From positions 1,632,001 through 1,696,000 of the forward strand of contig OZ239628.1 of the NCBI GenBank assembly GCA_965195345.1: 64,000 nucleotides of DNA. Reading direction: 5' to 3'. This document shows positions 47,637 to 58,439 of this stretch, in pieces (positions within the stretch are counted from its first letter, which is position 1; each line of letters starts with the position of its first letter). Below the pieces are notes generated by a model that saw only the letters and a list, made by a program, of their open reading frames with translations, did not search any database and was not told the DNA's origin. A program made the translations under genes and the position numbers. Origin of the DNA: an uncultured Thiomicrospira sp. GTDB lineage: Bacteria; Pseudomonadota; Gammaproteobacteria; CAKMZV01.

Positions 47637-48886
47637 TGCCTAAAGCATATATATTTCGTTTGGCTATGCGCTATTTAAGTGCCAAGCAAGATAATCGATT
47701 TATCAATTTCATCTCATTGACTTCGGTCATCGGGATATTCCTTGGCGCTACAGTGCTGATTACTGTGCTGTCAATCATGAACGGTTTTCAGACCGAACTG
47801 CGAACACGTATTCTCAATATGACCGCTCATATGGTAATCTTTCAGCAAGGACGCCAACTAAGTGACTGGGAAGAAGTTCGTCACGATCTATTAGAGCATC
47901 CTCAAGTTGTTGATGCCGCGCCCATCATTGAAAAACAAGCACTGCTTAGTGTCGGAAAAAACGTTAAAGGCGCTTTAATTAAGGGAGTATCCCCGGATCT
48001 TGAAAACAAAGTTTCTAATATAGAAGAACATTTATCGAAAGGGCAGTTGGAAAGCTTAGTTGCCAATCAGTTTAACATTATCTTAGGGCATGTATTAGCT
48101 TCAGAATTAGGGGTTGACATAGGCGATAAAATCACCGTTATTATTCCTCAACCAAGCTCAGGGTTTATAGGATCAATACCTCGCCTGAAACGATTTAGCG
48201 TTGTCGGCATTGTTAATGCAGGCATGTATGAGTATGATAGTGGTTACGCTTTTGTGCATCTTGAGGATGCTGCTACTTTGTACTCTTTAAGAGATCAAGT
48301 CACTGGCCTTCAAGTAAAAACTACGGACTTATTTGCAGTAAACGAAATCATATCTGGCTTGAGTGATTTTCTACCAGTACGCGGCTACTATGCACTTTCA
48401 TGGACACAAAAACATGCTAATTTCTTTCAAGCAATCCAATTAGAAAAACGCATGATGTTCATTGTTGTCGCATTGATTATTGCAGTAGCTGCTTTCAATA
48501 TTGTTTCAACTATGGTCATGATGATTAATGAAAAAAAACGAGCTATTGCTATACTTCGAACCCAAGGCGCTCGAATAAAAGATATCTCTGCATTGTTTAT
48601 CATTCAAGGAACAACTCTCGGCTTGATTGGCACTATACTCGGTTGTTTAGGAGGGATACTTTTATCAAGCAACATTGATGTTATTGTCCCTTTTATTGAA
48701 AACTTATTTAATCTGCGTTTCTTCCCTCCCGATGTATACTACATATCCGAAGTACCATCTGAAATTCAGCTTTCAGATTTATTAGAAGTCGGTTTCTTTT
48801 CATTCATCATGACGGTATTAGCCACAATTTACCCTGCCTTACGTGCTTCTAAAATCAAACCCGCACAGGTGTTACGCCATGAATGA
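47636..48886 (+). CDS. Lipoprotein-releasing ABC permease (single LolC/E type)
   Basis: VLSIMNGF, VAAFNIVSTM, IAILRTQG and YPA.RASK..PA..LRHE motifs. Confidence 0.92.
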   Translation: MPKAYIFRLAMRYLSAKQDNRFINFISLTSVIGIFLGATVLITVLSIMNGFQTELRTRILNMTAHMVIFQQGRQLSDWEEVRHDLLEHPQVVDAAPIIEKQALLSVGKNVKGALIKGVSPDLENKVSNIEEHLSKGQLESLVANQFNIILGHVLASELGVDIGDKITVIIPQPSSGFIGSIPRLKRFSVVGIVNAGMYEYDSGYAFVHLEDAATLYSLRDQVTGLQVKTTDLFAVNEIISGLSDFLPVRGYYALSWTQKHANFFQAIQLEKRMMFIVVALIIAVAAFNIVSTMVMMINEKKRAIAILRTQGARIKDISALFIIQGTTLGLIGTILGCLGGILLSSNIDVIVPFIENLFNLRFFPPDVYYISEVPSEIQLSDLLEVGFFSFIMTVLATIYPALRASKIKPAQVLRHE

Positions 48887-49562
48887 TCTCGTTTTACGTT
48901 GTGAGAATATTCAGAAAATATTTCCTCAATCTACCGATGATTTACATGTGCTTAATGACATTTCTTTGCAACTGTACTCAGGAGAAAAAGTTGCCATTGT
49001 TGGCACGTCAGGAAGTGGAAAAACTACTTTACTTCAAATTCTTGGAGGACTGGATCATCCAACATCGGGCACTATATCTTTATGCAACGTAGACATAGGG
49101 AGCATTGACGATGAAAAAGCAAGTTTTCTACGTAATAAGCACTTGGGGTTTGTCTATCAACTACACCATCTATTACCCGAATTGACGGCAGTTGATAATG
49201 TTGCAATGCCGCTACTCATAGCAGGTAAAAGCTATATGCAAGCCAAACTTGAAGCACACAAAACACTTGAATTAGTTGCGCTTGGAGATCGAGCAAATCA
49301 CTATCCTTCTCAACTTTCAGGGGGAGAACGGCAACGTACCGCCATTGCAAGAGCTATTGTAAATAAACCAACTTGCGTTTTAGCCGATGAACCAACCGGC
49401 AATTTAGACGAAAACAATGCGCTTCGTGTTATAGAATTGCTTGAAAAAATTTGTGCAGATCGAAAAATGGCTTTGATCCTTATAACACACGATGCAAATA
49501 TCGCTAACCGTATGGATAAAATCTACCAAATATCCTCAGGTAAACTAACATTAAAGTCATGA
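48879..49562 (+). CDS. lolD: Lipoprotein-releasing ABC ATPase LolD
   Basis: GTSGSGKT, GFVYQLHHLL, LSGGERQR and ADEPTGNLD motifs. The ATG at 48879 overlaps the upstream gene end. Confidence 0.93.
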   Translation: MNDLVLRCENIQKIFPQSTDDLHVLNDISLQLYSGEKVAIVGTSGSGKTTLLQILGGLDHPTSGTISLCNVDIGSIDDEKASFLRNKHLGFVYQLHHLLPELTAVDNVAMPLLIAGKSYMQAKLEAHKTLELVALGDRANHYPSQLSGGERQRTAIARAIVNKPTCVLADEPTGNLDENNALRVIELLEKICADRKMALILITHDANIANRMDKIYQISSGKLTLKS

Positions 49563-50596
49563 GTGATGACCATTCCGTTTTTGATGAAGATATAGATATT
49601 ATTGACGGCGAACTGTTGGATCCTAACTTTGAAGAAGAGGAAGAAGATGCATTCAGCCCTTCTGACGATAAACCCACCTTTACTAAGCTCAACAACCTAG
49701 ACACTAATGATTCAGAATCAAAAGAATTAGAGGAGGAGTACCCTCTCGCCTCAAGCACCGACCTTGTCCCAAGCGGGCAATCTTTTTCTCACTACATCAA
49801 TAACGTTAACAATGCACCTATTCTTACCTCCGAGCAAGAATGGGAATTAGCAAAAAAACTGCGTGAAGAAAATGATTTGGATGCTGCACAAAAACTTATT
49901 TTTTCTAACCTACGTCATGTGATTAGTATTGCTCGAAGTTATTCTGGTTACGGTTTATCATTACCTGACCTTGTGCAAGAAGGCAATGTTGGATTAATGA
50001 AGGCTGTTAAACGATATGACCCTGAAAAAAAAGTAAAACTGATGACTTTTGCTACACATTGGGTGCGTGCCGAGATCAATGAGTATGTGATCAAAAACTG
50101 GCAAATCGTTAAAATGGCAACGACTAAAGCGCAACGTAAATTATTTTTCAAACTGCGATCGAGTCATTCCCGCATTGGTTGGATACAAACACATGAGGCA
50201 AAAAAAATCGCATCTGATTTGAACGTCCAATCTGCTGATGTTTATCAAATGGAAGAGCGCTTCACAAATTTGGACACTCCTTTTGACCTGCCAGTTGGAG
50301 AGAGTTCTGAATCCGACTTTTCGCCTGCTCAGTATTTACCAGACTATCGTTTTTCCCCCGAACAGATTGTTACAAATGAAGATATATCTTCATTCCAAAA
50401 TATGCATTTGGCTCAAGGCTTAGAAGAACTGGATGAGAGAAGTCGCAACATAATTGAAGATCGATGGTTCACTGATGAAAAAATGACGTTACGCGAATTG
50501 TCCAAAAAGTATAATGTCTCTATTGAACGTATACGTCAATTAGAAACAAAAGCAATGGAAACATTGAGAAAGCATCTGGAGAAAGAAAGAAAATGA
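49559..50596 (+). CDS. rpoH: Heat-shock sigma factor sigma32 with acidic N-terminal extension
   Basis: RpoH-box-like KMATTKAQRKLFFKLR, YSGYGL...DLVQEGNVGLMKAV and SIERIRQLE motifs. Confidence 0.93.
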   Translation: MSDDHSVFDEDIDIIDGELLDPNFEEEEEDAFSPSDDKPTFTKLNNLDTNDSESKELEEEYPLASSTDLVPSGQSFSHYINNVNNAPILTSEQEWELAKKLREENDLDAAQKLIFSNLRHVISIARSYSGYGLSLPDLVQEGNVGLMKAVKRYDPEKKVKLMTFATHWVRAEINEYVIKNWQIVKMATTKAQRKLFFKLRSSHSRIGWIQTHEAKKIASDLNVQSADVYQMEERFTNLDTPFDLPVGESSESDFSPAQYLPDYRFSPEQIVTNEDISSFQNMHLAQGLEELDERSRNIIEDRWFTDEKMTLRELSKKYNVSIERIRQLETKAMETLRKHLEKERK

Positions 50597-51624
50597 TCAA
50601 CGTCGCTGTAGTTGGAGGAACTGGCTATACTGGTATTGAGCTATTGAGAATCCTTCTCCAACATCCGCAAGTAAATATTCGCCACATCACTTCGCGTGCT
50701 GAAAATGGCAAAAAAGTTACCCAAACATTTCCTTCTTTAAACGGATTAACCGATTTGGCGTTTAGCTTACCCGATATTGAAAAATTGAGTACGTGTGATG
50801 TTGTGTTTTTTGCCACTCCGCATGGCGTAGCAATGGAACAGACGCCTGAAATAATCAAAAAAGGATGTAAGGTGATTGACCTATCGGCTGACTTTAGGTT
50901 GAAAGACACGGATACTTTTCAAAATTGGTACAACATGGCGCATACGTGTCCTGATGTTCTTGCCAACAGCGTCTATGGTCTTCCCGAATTCAATCGTGAA
51001 GAAATCAAATCAGCTTCTGTTGTCGCTAATCCTGGATGCTACCCAACCGCTTCACAGTTAGCAGTCAAGCCATTGCTTGAAGCAGGACTTATCGACCATT
51101 CATCAATAATAATTGATGCCAAATCAGGGATCAGTGGTGCAGGAAGAGAAGCGAAAGTGAGCTCTTTATATGCAGAAGTTTCTGAAAGCTTTACAGCTTA
51201 TGGAATGGATGGACACCGCCATTGGCCAGAGATTACTCAGACTTTGAGTGACATATCATCATCGCCAGTCAGTATTGTATTCATACCCCATCTTGTGCCG
51301 ATGAACCGTGGAATTGAAGCCACTATTTATGCCAAACTCATTGATGATGTTTCTGAAAGTACACTGATGGGTATATTGCATAGTGCTTATAAAGATGAGC
51401 CTTTCGTGGATGTCGTTAATACTATCCCAAATACGCGCAGTGTGCGTGGATCAAATTTATGCCGTATCAGCTTAAGACGACCAAGAAAAATCAGCACAGT
51501 CGTTATTACCGCAGTCATTGACAATTTAGTCAAAGGTGCCTCTGGTCAAGCCGTTCAAAACATGAACATCATGTTTGGACTGGAAGAGACTTGTGGACTC
51601 CAGCACATTCCCTTGTCACCATAG
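50593..51624 (+). CDS. argC: N-acetyl-gamma-glutamyl-phosphate reductase
   Basis: GGTGYTG, DLSADFR, ANPGCYPT, SGISGAG and DNLVKGASGQAVQN motifs. Confidence 0.97.
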   Translation: MINVAVVGGTGYTGIELLRILLQHPQVNIRHITSRAENGKKVTQTFPSLNGLTDLAFSLPDIEKLSTCDVVFFATPHGVAMEQTPEIIKKGCKVIDLSADFRLKDTDTFQNWYNMAHTCPDVLANSVYGLPEFNREEIKSASVVANPGCYPTASQLAVKPLLEAGLIDHSSIIIDAKSGISGAGREAKVSSLYAEVSESFTAYGMDGHRHWPEITQTLSDISSSPVSIVFIPHLVPMNRGIEATIYAKLIDDVSESTLMGILHSAYKDEPFVDVVNTIPNTRSVRGSNLCRISLRRPRKISTVVITAVIDNLVKGASGQAVQNMNIMFGLEETCGLQHIPLSP

Positions 51625-51664
51625 CACTTGATGGCTAAGGCATATTTTCGAAAACTTTTTAGAT

Positions 51665-53653
51665 TTGAATTTTAGAGTCTCCAAAGTAATCGTTTTTTTC
51701 CGCCCTCCTCTTGAAGGCATTTACGACTACATAATTCCAACAGGAATGCACCTGTCGATAGGTCAGCGAGTTAAAGTCCCTTTTGGCGATCGTAATCTTA
51801 AAGGAGTGGTTTTTTCTTTAGAAAAAGAAAGCCATTTACCTGATGAAAGATTACGTTCGATACTAAGCACCTTTGATGATGATCCGCCAATTGCGCGTTA
51901 TATGATTGAATTGGTAAATTGGATTTCCAAATATTATCATTGTCAATTAATTCAAAGTTGGCGTTTATTATTTCCATCCGGTTTACTCAGCACTCCTTCG
52001 TTAAAACTTCTCCATGAAAACAGTTTGCAAATAAATAATTGGTCTTTGCCACCTCTTAATGAATATCAACAAAAAGTGATGGATTCTCTGCAGTCCAACG
52101 ATTCAAAAAAAAAACCGATGGTCACTTTATTAGAAGGTGTAACAAATAGTGGTAAAACGCGCATTTACCAGCACCTTGCAGCGCGTGCAATGACAAAGAA
52201 TCAGCAAGTGTTGCTCCTTATTCCTGAAATTGGTTTGTCATCACAAAATCTTAAGCGATTTTCCAATATTTTTACAGGGTCGGTCTATCTCTATCATTCT
52301 GGAATGACTGCTCGTGATCGTGCTGCAGCATGGAAGGCTGCTTTGAATGGTGTAAGTGGTGTTTTTATTGGCACTCGCTCAGCTCTTTTTTTACCATTAA
52401 GTAGTCCAGGGATTTATATATTGGATGAGGAACATGACGCTTCCTACATCAATCAAAATCAGCCTTTTTACAATACACGCAACGTATTGATTATGCGCTC
52501 TAAGCTGTCAAATGTGCCTGTACTTCTTGGCACCGCAACTCCTTCATTAGAAGTACTAAAACATTCTTTAAGCAACCATTACCAACATCTTCGCTTGACA
52601 CAAAAAACTTACGCGGATAAGCCAATAGAAATAAAGCTCATCGATTTACGTGGTGCTAAGAATCACGGAGGCGTTTCGCCTCAAATGCTCACTCTAATGC
52701 GTGAGCATCTGGAAAATGGCAATCAAGTGATGCTGTTCCTTAACCGTAGAGGTTTTGCCCCTGTTCGCATCTGCCACGAGTGTGGACATATTGAGAAATG
52801 TCCAAAATGCGACCGTTCCCCCACTTACCATAAAAAATCAAACATGCTTATTTGTCATATGTGTCAATGGCAAAAATCTATTGATGACAATTGCCTGCAA
52901 TGCGATGGCAATCAATTTATCACTCTGGGGCACGGCACTGAACGCGTTTACTCTTATATTCAAAAACAGTTCCCTAATGTAGAAATTTCTCAAATAGATC
53001 GAGATACTATAAAAAATATAGCCGAATTTAACACAATTCTTTCACAAATCCAAGAAAATAAAATTCGCATTATTATTGGCACTCAAATGCTAAGTAAAGG
53101 GCATCATTTGCCAAATTTAACTTTGGTGGGCATACTTGATGCAGATCAAGGACTAATGAGTTCGGATTTTCGAGCACACGAACACATCGGTCAACAGCTT
53201 GAGCAAGTAAGTGGGCGCTCTGGTAGAAATAAGCAAGGTTGCGTTGCTATACAAACACATCAGCCACGACATCCTGTTATCACAGCTTGGCTAAGAGGTG
53301 GATACTATGCTCTCAGTCGCAAACTATTACAACAACGCTTTGAAGCTCAATTACCTCCTTATTGGCATCAAGCAGTCGTGCGTGTTGAGTCAAAAGATCC
53401 CACTGACGCAAGTACTTATTTGAATAATCTTTTGCAGGTGCTTCCTCAATCAAATTCTTTATTTATTTCTAACCCGACGATTGCTCCTATCGAAAAAATA
53501 TCTGGAAGATGGCGCTGGTTGCTAATGATGGAAGGTAATTCAAGAGTCGCTTTACACAATGCACTACGAGTTGCTCGCTCCCACATAGATAACAGCCCTC
53601 ACCCTAAAGGGTTGCGATGTCACATCATCGTTGACCCTCCAACACTGAGTTAA
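51665..53653 (+). CDS. priA: Primosomal protein N' helicase
   Basis: G.RV.VPFG, GVTNSGKT, DEEHD, LNRRGF, four CxxC, GTQMLSKG and QVSGRSGR motifs. Confidence 0.93.
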   Translation: MNFRVSKVIVFFRPPLEGIYDYIIPTGMHLSIGQRVKVPFGDRNLKGVVFSLEKESHLPDERLRSILSTFDDDPPIARYMIELVNWISKYYHCQLIQSWRLLFPSGLLSTPSLKLLHENSLQINNWSLPPLNEYQQKVMDSLQSNDSKKKPMVTLLEGVTNSGKTRIYQHLAARAMTKNQQVLLLIPEIGLSSQNLKRFSNIFTGSVYLYHSGMTARDRAAAWKAALNGVSGVFIGTRSALFLPLSSPGIYILDEEHDASYINQNQPFYNTRNVLIMRSKLSNVPVLLGTATPSLEVLKHSLSNHYQHLRLTQKTYADKPIEIKLIDLRGAKNHGGVSPQMLTLMREHLENGNQVMLFLNRRGFAPVRICHECGHIEKCPKCDRSPTYHKKSNMLICHMCQWQKSIDDNCLQCDGNQFITLGHGTERVYSYIQKQFPNVEISQIDRDTIKNIAEFNTILSQIQENKIRIIIGTQMLSKGHHLPNLTLVGILDADQGLMSSDFRAHEHIGQQLEQVSGRSGRNKQGCVAIQTHQPRHPVITAWLRGGYYALSRKLLQQRFEAQLPPYWHQAVVRVESKDPTDASTYLNNLLQVLPQSNSLFISNPTIAPIEKISGRWRWLLMMEGNSRVALHNALRVARSHIDNSPHPKGLRCHIIVDPPTLS

Positions 53654-53760
53654 AATACTTGCTTTAATGAAAAGTGATAGTTTCAAACGTATGGATAGGG
53701 AATAGGAAGAATACAGCTATAGAGAGGGTATAATGATCGCTTACACTAAATGGTTAAAAA

Positions 53761-54429
53761 ATGAGTAAAATTGTTCAAAAAAAAGGTTCTATTCGAAGGC
53801 ATATAATCTCTGGATTATTAATCTGGGTACCTTTAGCCGCAACCTTCATTACATTTCGATTTGTCATCAATTTGTTCGATAGTTTATTGCTGTACCTTCC
53901 TCCACAATGGCAACCCGAGGAATGGTTAAAGTACGATGTACCTGGAATTGGGCTTATTCTTTCTATTATTCTTATCTACATTACCGGCGTTATCGCATCA
54001 AACTACTTTGGAAATCGAATAGTTGGTTTTTGGGAGAATTTGTTAAATAAAATACCATTTTTTAGCACTTTATACAAAGGAATAAAGCAGATGACAGAAG
54101 CCATTTTCACTGCAGGAGATGGCAGCTTTTCAAAAGTCTATATGATTGAATATCCAAAAGATGGGCTTTGGACTTTGGCTTTTGAAACATCGCGGAAAAA
54201 AGGGGAAGCTCAAAAGAAAGTTGGAGGAGAAGATATTGTCAATCTGTTTGTTCCAACCACTCCTAATCCAACATCAGGTTACTTTATTATGATAAACCTA
54301 GATAAGGCCGTTGAATTAGACATGAGCGTTGATGAAGCATTGAAGATGATTGTTTCAGGCGGTGTATATGTACCAGACAGTAGTATAAACAAAAATAAAA
54401 AAAATAAAAGTACCGAAGATGAGAAATGA
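53761..54429 (+). CDS. DUF502 membrane protein
   Basis: IP....LY...KQ, IEYP..G and [12 protein letters not shown] motifs; upstream of aspS. Confidence 0.9.
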   Translation: MSKIVQKKGSIRRHIISGLLIWVPLAATFITFRFVINLFDSLLLYLPPQWQPEEWLKYDVPGIGLILSIILIYITGVIASNYFGNRIVGFWENLLNKIPFFSTLYKGIKQMTEAIFTAGDGSFSKVYMIEYPKDGLWTLAFETSRKKGEAQKKVGGEDIVNLFVPTTPNPTSGYFIMINLDKAVELDMSVDEALKMIVSGGVYVPDSSINKNKKNKSTEDEK

Positions 54430-56185
54430 ATATTGTAGTGACATAAATGCTGAAAAAATAGGAAAACAGCGAACGGTTAGTGGCTGGGTTCATTCAGAAC
54501 GAGATCATGGTGGCGTTATTTTCATTGATTTACGCGATGCCTCTGGGATTCTTCAAATCGTTGTTAATCCGCAATTGCCCGATGTTTTTGCTATTGCTGA
54601 AAAACTGCGTAGTGAATGCGTTATTCAAGTCACTGGATTAGTACGTCAAAGACCCCAAGGTACTATCAATGAAGAGCTGCTAAGCGGTGAAGTTGAACTG
54701 GTGGCTGAAGACTTGCAATTGCTCAATGAATCCGAAGCACTCCCCTTTCAATTGGACGACAATGTTTCTGAAGAGATTCGTTTAAAATTCCGTTACTTGG
54801 ATTTGCGTACGCCACGTATGCAAAAAAATATTCGCTTACGCCATAACATTACTAAAGCAGTGCGGAATTATCTTGAAGAACATGAGTTCATTGATATTGA
54901 AACACCTTATTTGACTTTATCAACACCAGAAGGAGCGCGCGATTATCTGGTTCCAAGTCGCGTACAAAAGGGTTCTTTTTTTGCTCTTCCTCAATCGCCA
55001 CAATTGTTTAAGCAATTATTAATGATGGGAGGCTTTGATCGATATTACCAAATTACTCGCTGCTTTCGTGATGAAGATTTACGTGCTGATCGTCAACCAG
55101 AATTTACCCAGATTGATATTGAAACGGCGTTTTTGACTCAACAACAAATAACTTCATATATGGAAGGCATGGTACGTACTTTATTCCACAAAGTACTTGA
55201 TATTGATCTGCCCAATTTTCCAATTATTCCATATGCAGAGGCAATGCAAAAGTACGGCACAGACCGCCCTGACTTGCGTATTCAAGGCCTTGAGATTGTC
55301 GATGTTGCCGACTTATTAAAAAACGTTGATTTCAAAGTTTTTTCTGAGCCTGCAAACAATCCTAAAGGGCGTGTTGCAGCAATTAAAGTACCAAAAGGCA
55401 ACGATATTACGCGTAAAGAAATTGATGCCTATACTGATTTTGTTGGCATATACGGAGCAAAAGGCCTCGCTTATATCAAAGTAAATGATAAATCCATGGG
55501 CGTTGAAGGTTTGCAGTCACCTATTATTAAATTCATGCAGGAGGCTTCTGTATCGATTGTTGACCGTTTAGGAGCAGAGGACGGGGACTTAATATTTTTC
55601 GGTGCTGATAAAAAAAAGGTTGTCAATGAGTCACTTGCCGCTTTAAGAGTTCGATTGGCGAATGATAGAGGCTTACTTGAAGGACAGTGGGCAGCAGCTT
55701 GGGTAGTTGATTTTCCTATGTTTGAAGAAGATGAAAAAGGTCAATTAAATGCAATCCATCATCCTTTTACTGCTCCGTGTTTATCTTTTGAGGAAATGGC
55801 AAAGGTTGATAATCCAGTTGACTTGAATTCTCAAGCTTATGATATGGTCATCAACGGATTAGAAGTGGGAGGTGGTTCTATTCGGATTCATCACCACGGT
55901 GTACAATCAAAAATTTTTGAGTGGCTAAATATTAGCCCTGAAGAATCTGAGAAAAAATTTGGTTTCCTATTGAATGCTTTGCGTTACGGCTGCCCTCCTC
56001 ACGGAGGGATGGCGTTTGGTTTGGATCGATTAACTATGCTGATGACAGGTGAGGACAGTATCAGAAATGTCATTGCTTTCCCCAAAACACAATCATCAAC
56101 TTGTTTGCTCACCAGTGCTCCAAGCGCTGTTGATAAAGTCCAATTACGCGATCTTGGGATTGCACTCAACCAAAAGAAAACATGA
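54419..56185 (+). CDS. aspS: Aspartate-tRNA ligase (probably non-discriminating)
   Basis: [37 protein letters not shown] and PPHGG.AFGLDR motifs. Confidence 0.97.
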   Translation: MRNEYCSDINAEKIGKQRTVSGWVHSERDHGGVIFIDLRDASGILQIVVNPQLPDVFAIAEKLRSECVIQVTGLVRQRPQGTINEELLSGEVELVAEDLQLLNESEALPFQLDDNVSEEIRLKFRYLDLRTPRMQKNIRLRHNITKAVRNYLEEHEFIDIETPYLTLSTPEGARDYLVPSRVQKGSFFALPQSPQLFKQLLMMGGFDRYYQITRCFRDEDLRADRQPEFTQIDIETAFLTQQQITSYMEGMVRTLFHKVLDIDLPNFPIIPYAEAMQKYGTDRPDLRIQGLEIVDVADLLKNVDFKVFSEPANNPKGRVAAIKVPKGNDITRKEIDAYTDFVGIYGAKGLAYIKVNDKSMGVEGLQSPIIKFMQEASVSIVDRLGAEDGDLIFFGADKKKVVNESLAALRVRLANDRGLLEGQWAAAWVVDFPMFEEDEKGQLNAIHHPFTAPCLSFEEMAKVDNPVDLNSQAYDMVINGLEVGGGSIRIHHHGVQSKIFEWLNISPEESEKKFGFLLNALRYGCPPHGGMAFGLDRLTMLMTGEDSIRNVIAFPKTQSSTCLLTSAPSAVDKVQLRDLGIALNQKKT

Positions 56186-56459
56186 ATACTTCTTTCTTTC
56201 CCTTTAGGATAGATTCAATATAATTATCACTGAAAAATAAGCTCAGCACGCTTATAGCAATGCTCATTCTCTCCTCTTGCAATTTTGCAACGCAGCAAGC
56301 GTATTGATGGATTTTTTTGGGTAAGGTTTAGTAAGAAAGTTGTCCTAGACAATAAAATCTCTCCCTGCCTTTGGGAGTACTCCCCATTGAAAGAAGGAGA
56401 AAAAACCCTTGTTTCGACAATCCCTTCCAAATAAAAAAAATTAAAGAAAAGTTAAGCGT

Positions 56460-57398
56460 TCATTCGTCAAATACTTCGATAACCCCTGTTACTTCTCCTG
56501 ATTTAGAAGTAGCCACCAACTGTTTAATTCTTTTCTGACGCATCAACATCTCGGCTTCGGCAAATTTTGCATTTTCATTTATCATAATCGGGGCAACCGC
56601 CATAAATTCATCAATAGGTTTGCGTAGCGCCAACTCATCAACTAATAACGAACGCCGTAAGTCGCCATCGGTCATGATTCCTTCTAATTTTTTGCCTTGC
56701 ATTATTAAACAAAGCCCCAACCTGCCTTTGGACATTACGACAAGCGCATCGCTGAGCAATGTTCCACTTTCAACATAGGGCAGTGGAGGAGTGTGCATGA
56801 TGTCTTTGACTTGTGTAACCAATCGCTTTCCAAGTGCACCTCCAGGGTGAAATCGTGCAAAATCAGCCTCTTTAAATTGACGTGCCTCAATTAATGCTAC
56901 TGTAATAGCATCACCTAAAGCCATCGTTTGTAAAGTTGATGTTGTCGGAGCAAGGTTATTAGGACAAAACTCCGTTTCATAGTTTAAATTGAGCACTACT
57001 TCTGAGGATCGAGCTATGGTTGAATTAATATTTCCTAGTAAACTTATTATTGGATTTTTTCGTCTTTCAAGACTCGGCATAATACTAAGCAATTCGCTCG
57101 TTTCCCCGCTATTCGACACGAGTAATATAGTATCGTGATCGGTAATCATCCCTAAATCCCCATGCAACGCCTCGCTTGGATGCATAAAGAAACTTGGTGT
57201 ACCAGTCGAAGCTAATGAAGAAGAAATTTTCTGTGCTATTAATCCTGATTTTCCAATACCACTAATAATCAAATGTCCTTTGGTTTTTAAAATCATTTCA
57301 ACGGCTTTATCGAATGCCGTTTCATTGTTATCAGCTAATCTTTTGAGATTTTCTGAAAAATGTTCAGATGCCTGCTTGAGGTATTTGCTGTGAGACAT
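56460..57398 (-). CDS. Arabinose-5-phosphate isomerase, KpsF/GutQ/KdsD family
   Basis: GIGKSG, STGTP, EALHGDLG, SNSGET, CPNNLAPTTST, FHPGGALG motifs and a CBS pair. Confidence 0.92.
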   Translation of the reverse strand: MSHSKYLKQASEHFSENLKRLADNNETAFDKAVEMILKTKGHLIISGIGKSGLIAQKISSSLASTGTPSFFMHPSEALHGDLGMITDHDTILLVSNSGETSELLSIMPSLERRKNPIISLLGNINSTIARSSEVVLNLNYETEFCPNNLAPTTSTLQTMALGDAITVALIEARQFKEADFARFHPGGALGKRLVTQVKDIMHTPPLPYVESGTLLSDALVVMSKGRLGLCLIMQGKKLEGIMTDGDLRRSLLVDELALRKPIDEFMAVAPIMINENAKFAEAEMLMRQKRIKQLVATSKSGEVTGVIEVFDE

Positions 57399-58378
57399 TA
57401 CAACAATTTGTCCAATTCATTTTGCGCTAAAGTTGCCACTGTTGTATCTTGGTATTCAAAAACAACCTGATTAAAGATTACCTTTGCTTCATCTATTCTT
57501 CTCAGTTCAAGCAAACTCATTCCTTTTTTAAAAAGACTTTCGTCAATCCTATCGCTATCGGGATAGGTTGCCAAAACAAATTCATATCCTTCAAGCGAAG
57601 TTTGATATTGTCCTTGCACATAATATGCTTCTGCCAGCCAATAGGCTGCTTGAGGGGAAAAAAGACTGTTTGGGTATTTTTTTAAGTATCTCTTAAAACC
57701 GTAAATTGCTAATGCATATTCTCGGTTCAACAAAAATTCAAAGACCACATCATATTCTGCTTCTTGTTGTTTTCGTAAAAAGATTAAATCGATGTCAGCG
57801 TCATTTACTTCCTCATCAACTTCCTCGTCATCTGTTGCTTCGATGTTCCAATCAATAATAGTGCTTTGATCTGGAAAACCTTCCTCTGACTGTCGACCAC
57901 TTAAAAGTGATACGTGTGGCATTTCATCCAAGCTTGGATCATCCCCGATTTTTGCCTTCTCTTCATCAGCCAATAACAGTTCTAACGGATTGGGTTCCTT
58001 AAAAGTATTCGTTGAATTTTTTATTGAATCTATTTGACTTGATGTACCAGTCGAATCAGTCAATTTTGGAAGTAGTGGCTTAGCAATTTCAGTTGATGAA
58101 TCGTTGGATTCCACCACTACCCCTGAAGCGATCATTTTTTCGAGCCCATTTATTCTTTCCTCTAATACTTTTTGCCTCTGCTTATTGCTCTTCTTTTCTT
58201 CCTGCAATTCAAGGTATAAAGTTTCTATTTGATTAAGTAAGTCGTTAATCCTTAATCGATTTTGCTGAAACTGATTAAACAACAATTTATTAGAATTTTC
58301 TTCAGCAATAGCATTTATAGGTGCTAAGGCACTCACTGCAGATATTGCCAACGTTATGGCAAGTAATGTAAACTTCAT
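57398..58378 (-). CDS. cpoB: Cell division coordinator CpoB (YbgF)
   Basis: Signal peptide, N-terminal coiled coil, C-terminal TPRs (YPNS....AAYWLAEAYY); directly after pal. Confidence 0.85.
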   Translation of the reverse strand: MKFTLLAITLAISAVSALAPINAIAEENSNKLLFNQFQQNRLRINDLLNQIETLYLELQEEKKSNKQRQKVLEERINGLEKMIASGVVVESNDSSTEIAKPLLPKLTDSTGTSSQIDSIKNSTNTFKEPNPLELLLADEEKAKIGDDPSLDEMPHVSLLSGRQSEEGFPDQSTIIDWNIEATDDEEVDEEVNDADIDLIFLRKQQEAEYDVVFEFLLNREYALAIYGFKRYLKKYPNSLFSPQAAYWLAEAYYVQGQYQTSLEGYEFVLATYPDSDRIDESLFKKGMSLLELRRIDEAKVIFNQVVFEYQDTTVATLAQNELDKLL

Positions 58379-58439
58379 ATAGACAATAGCGGTTATTGAT
58401 TTTTTTTGATGTCGAAATGGCGCTTAAATCATTTATAAA

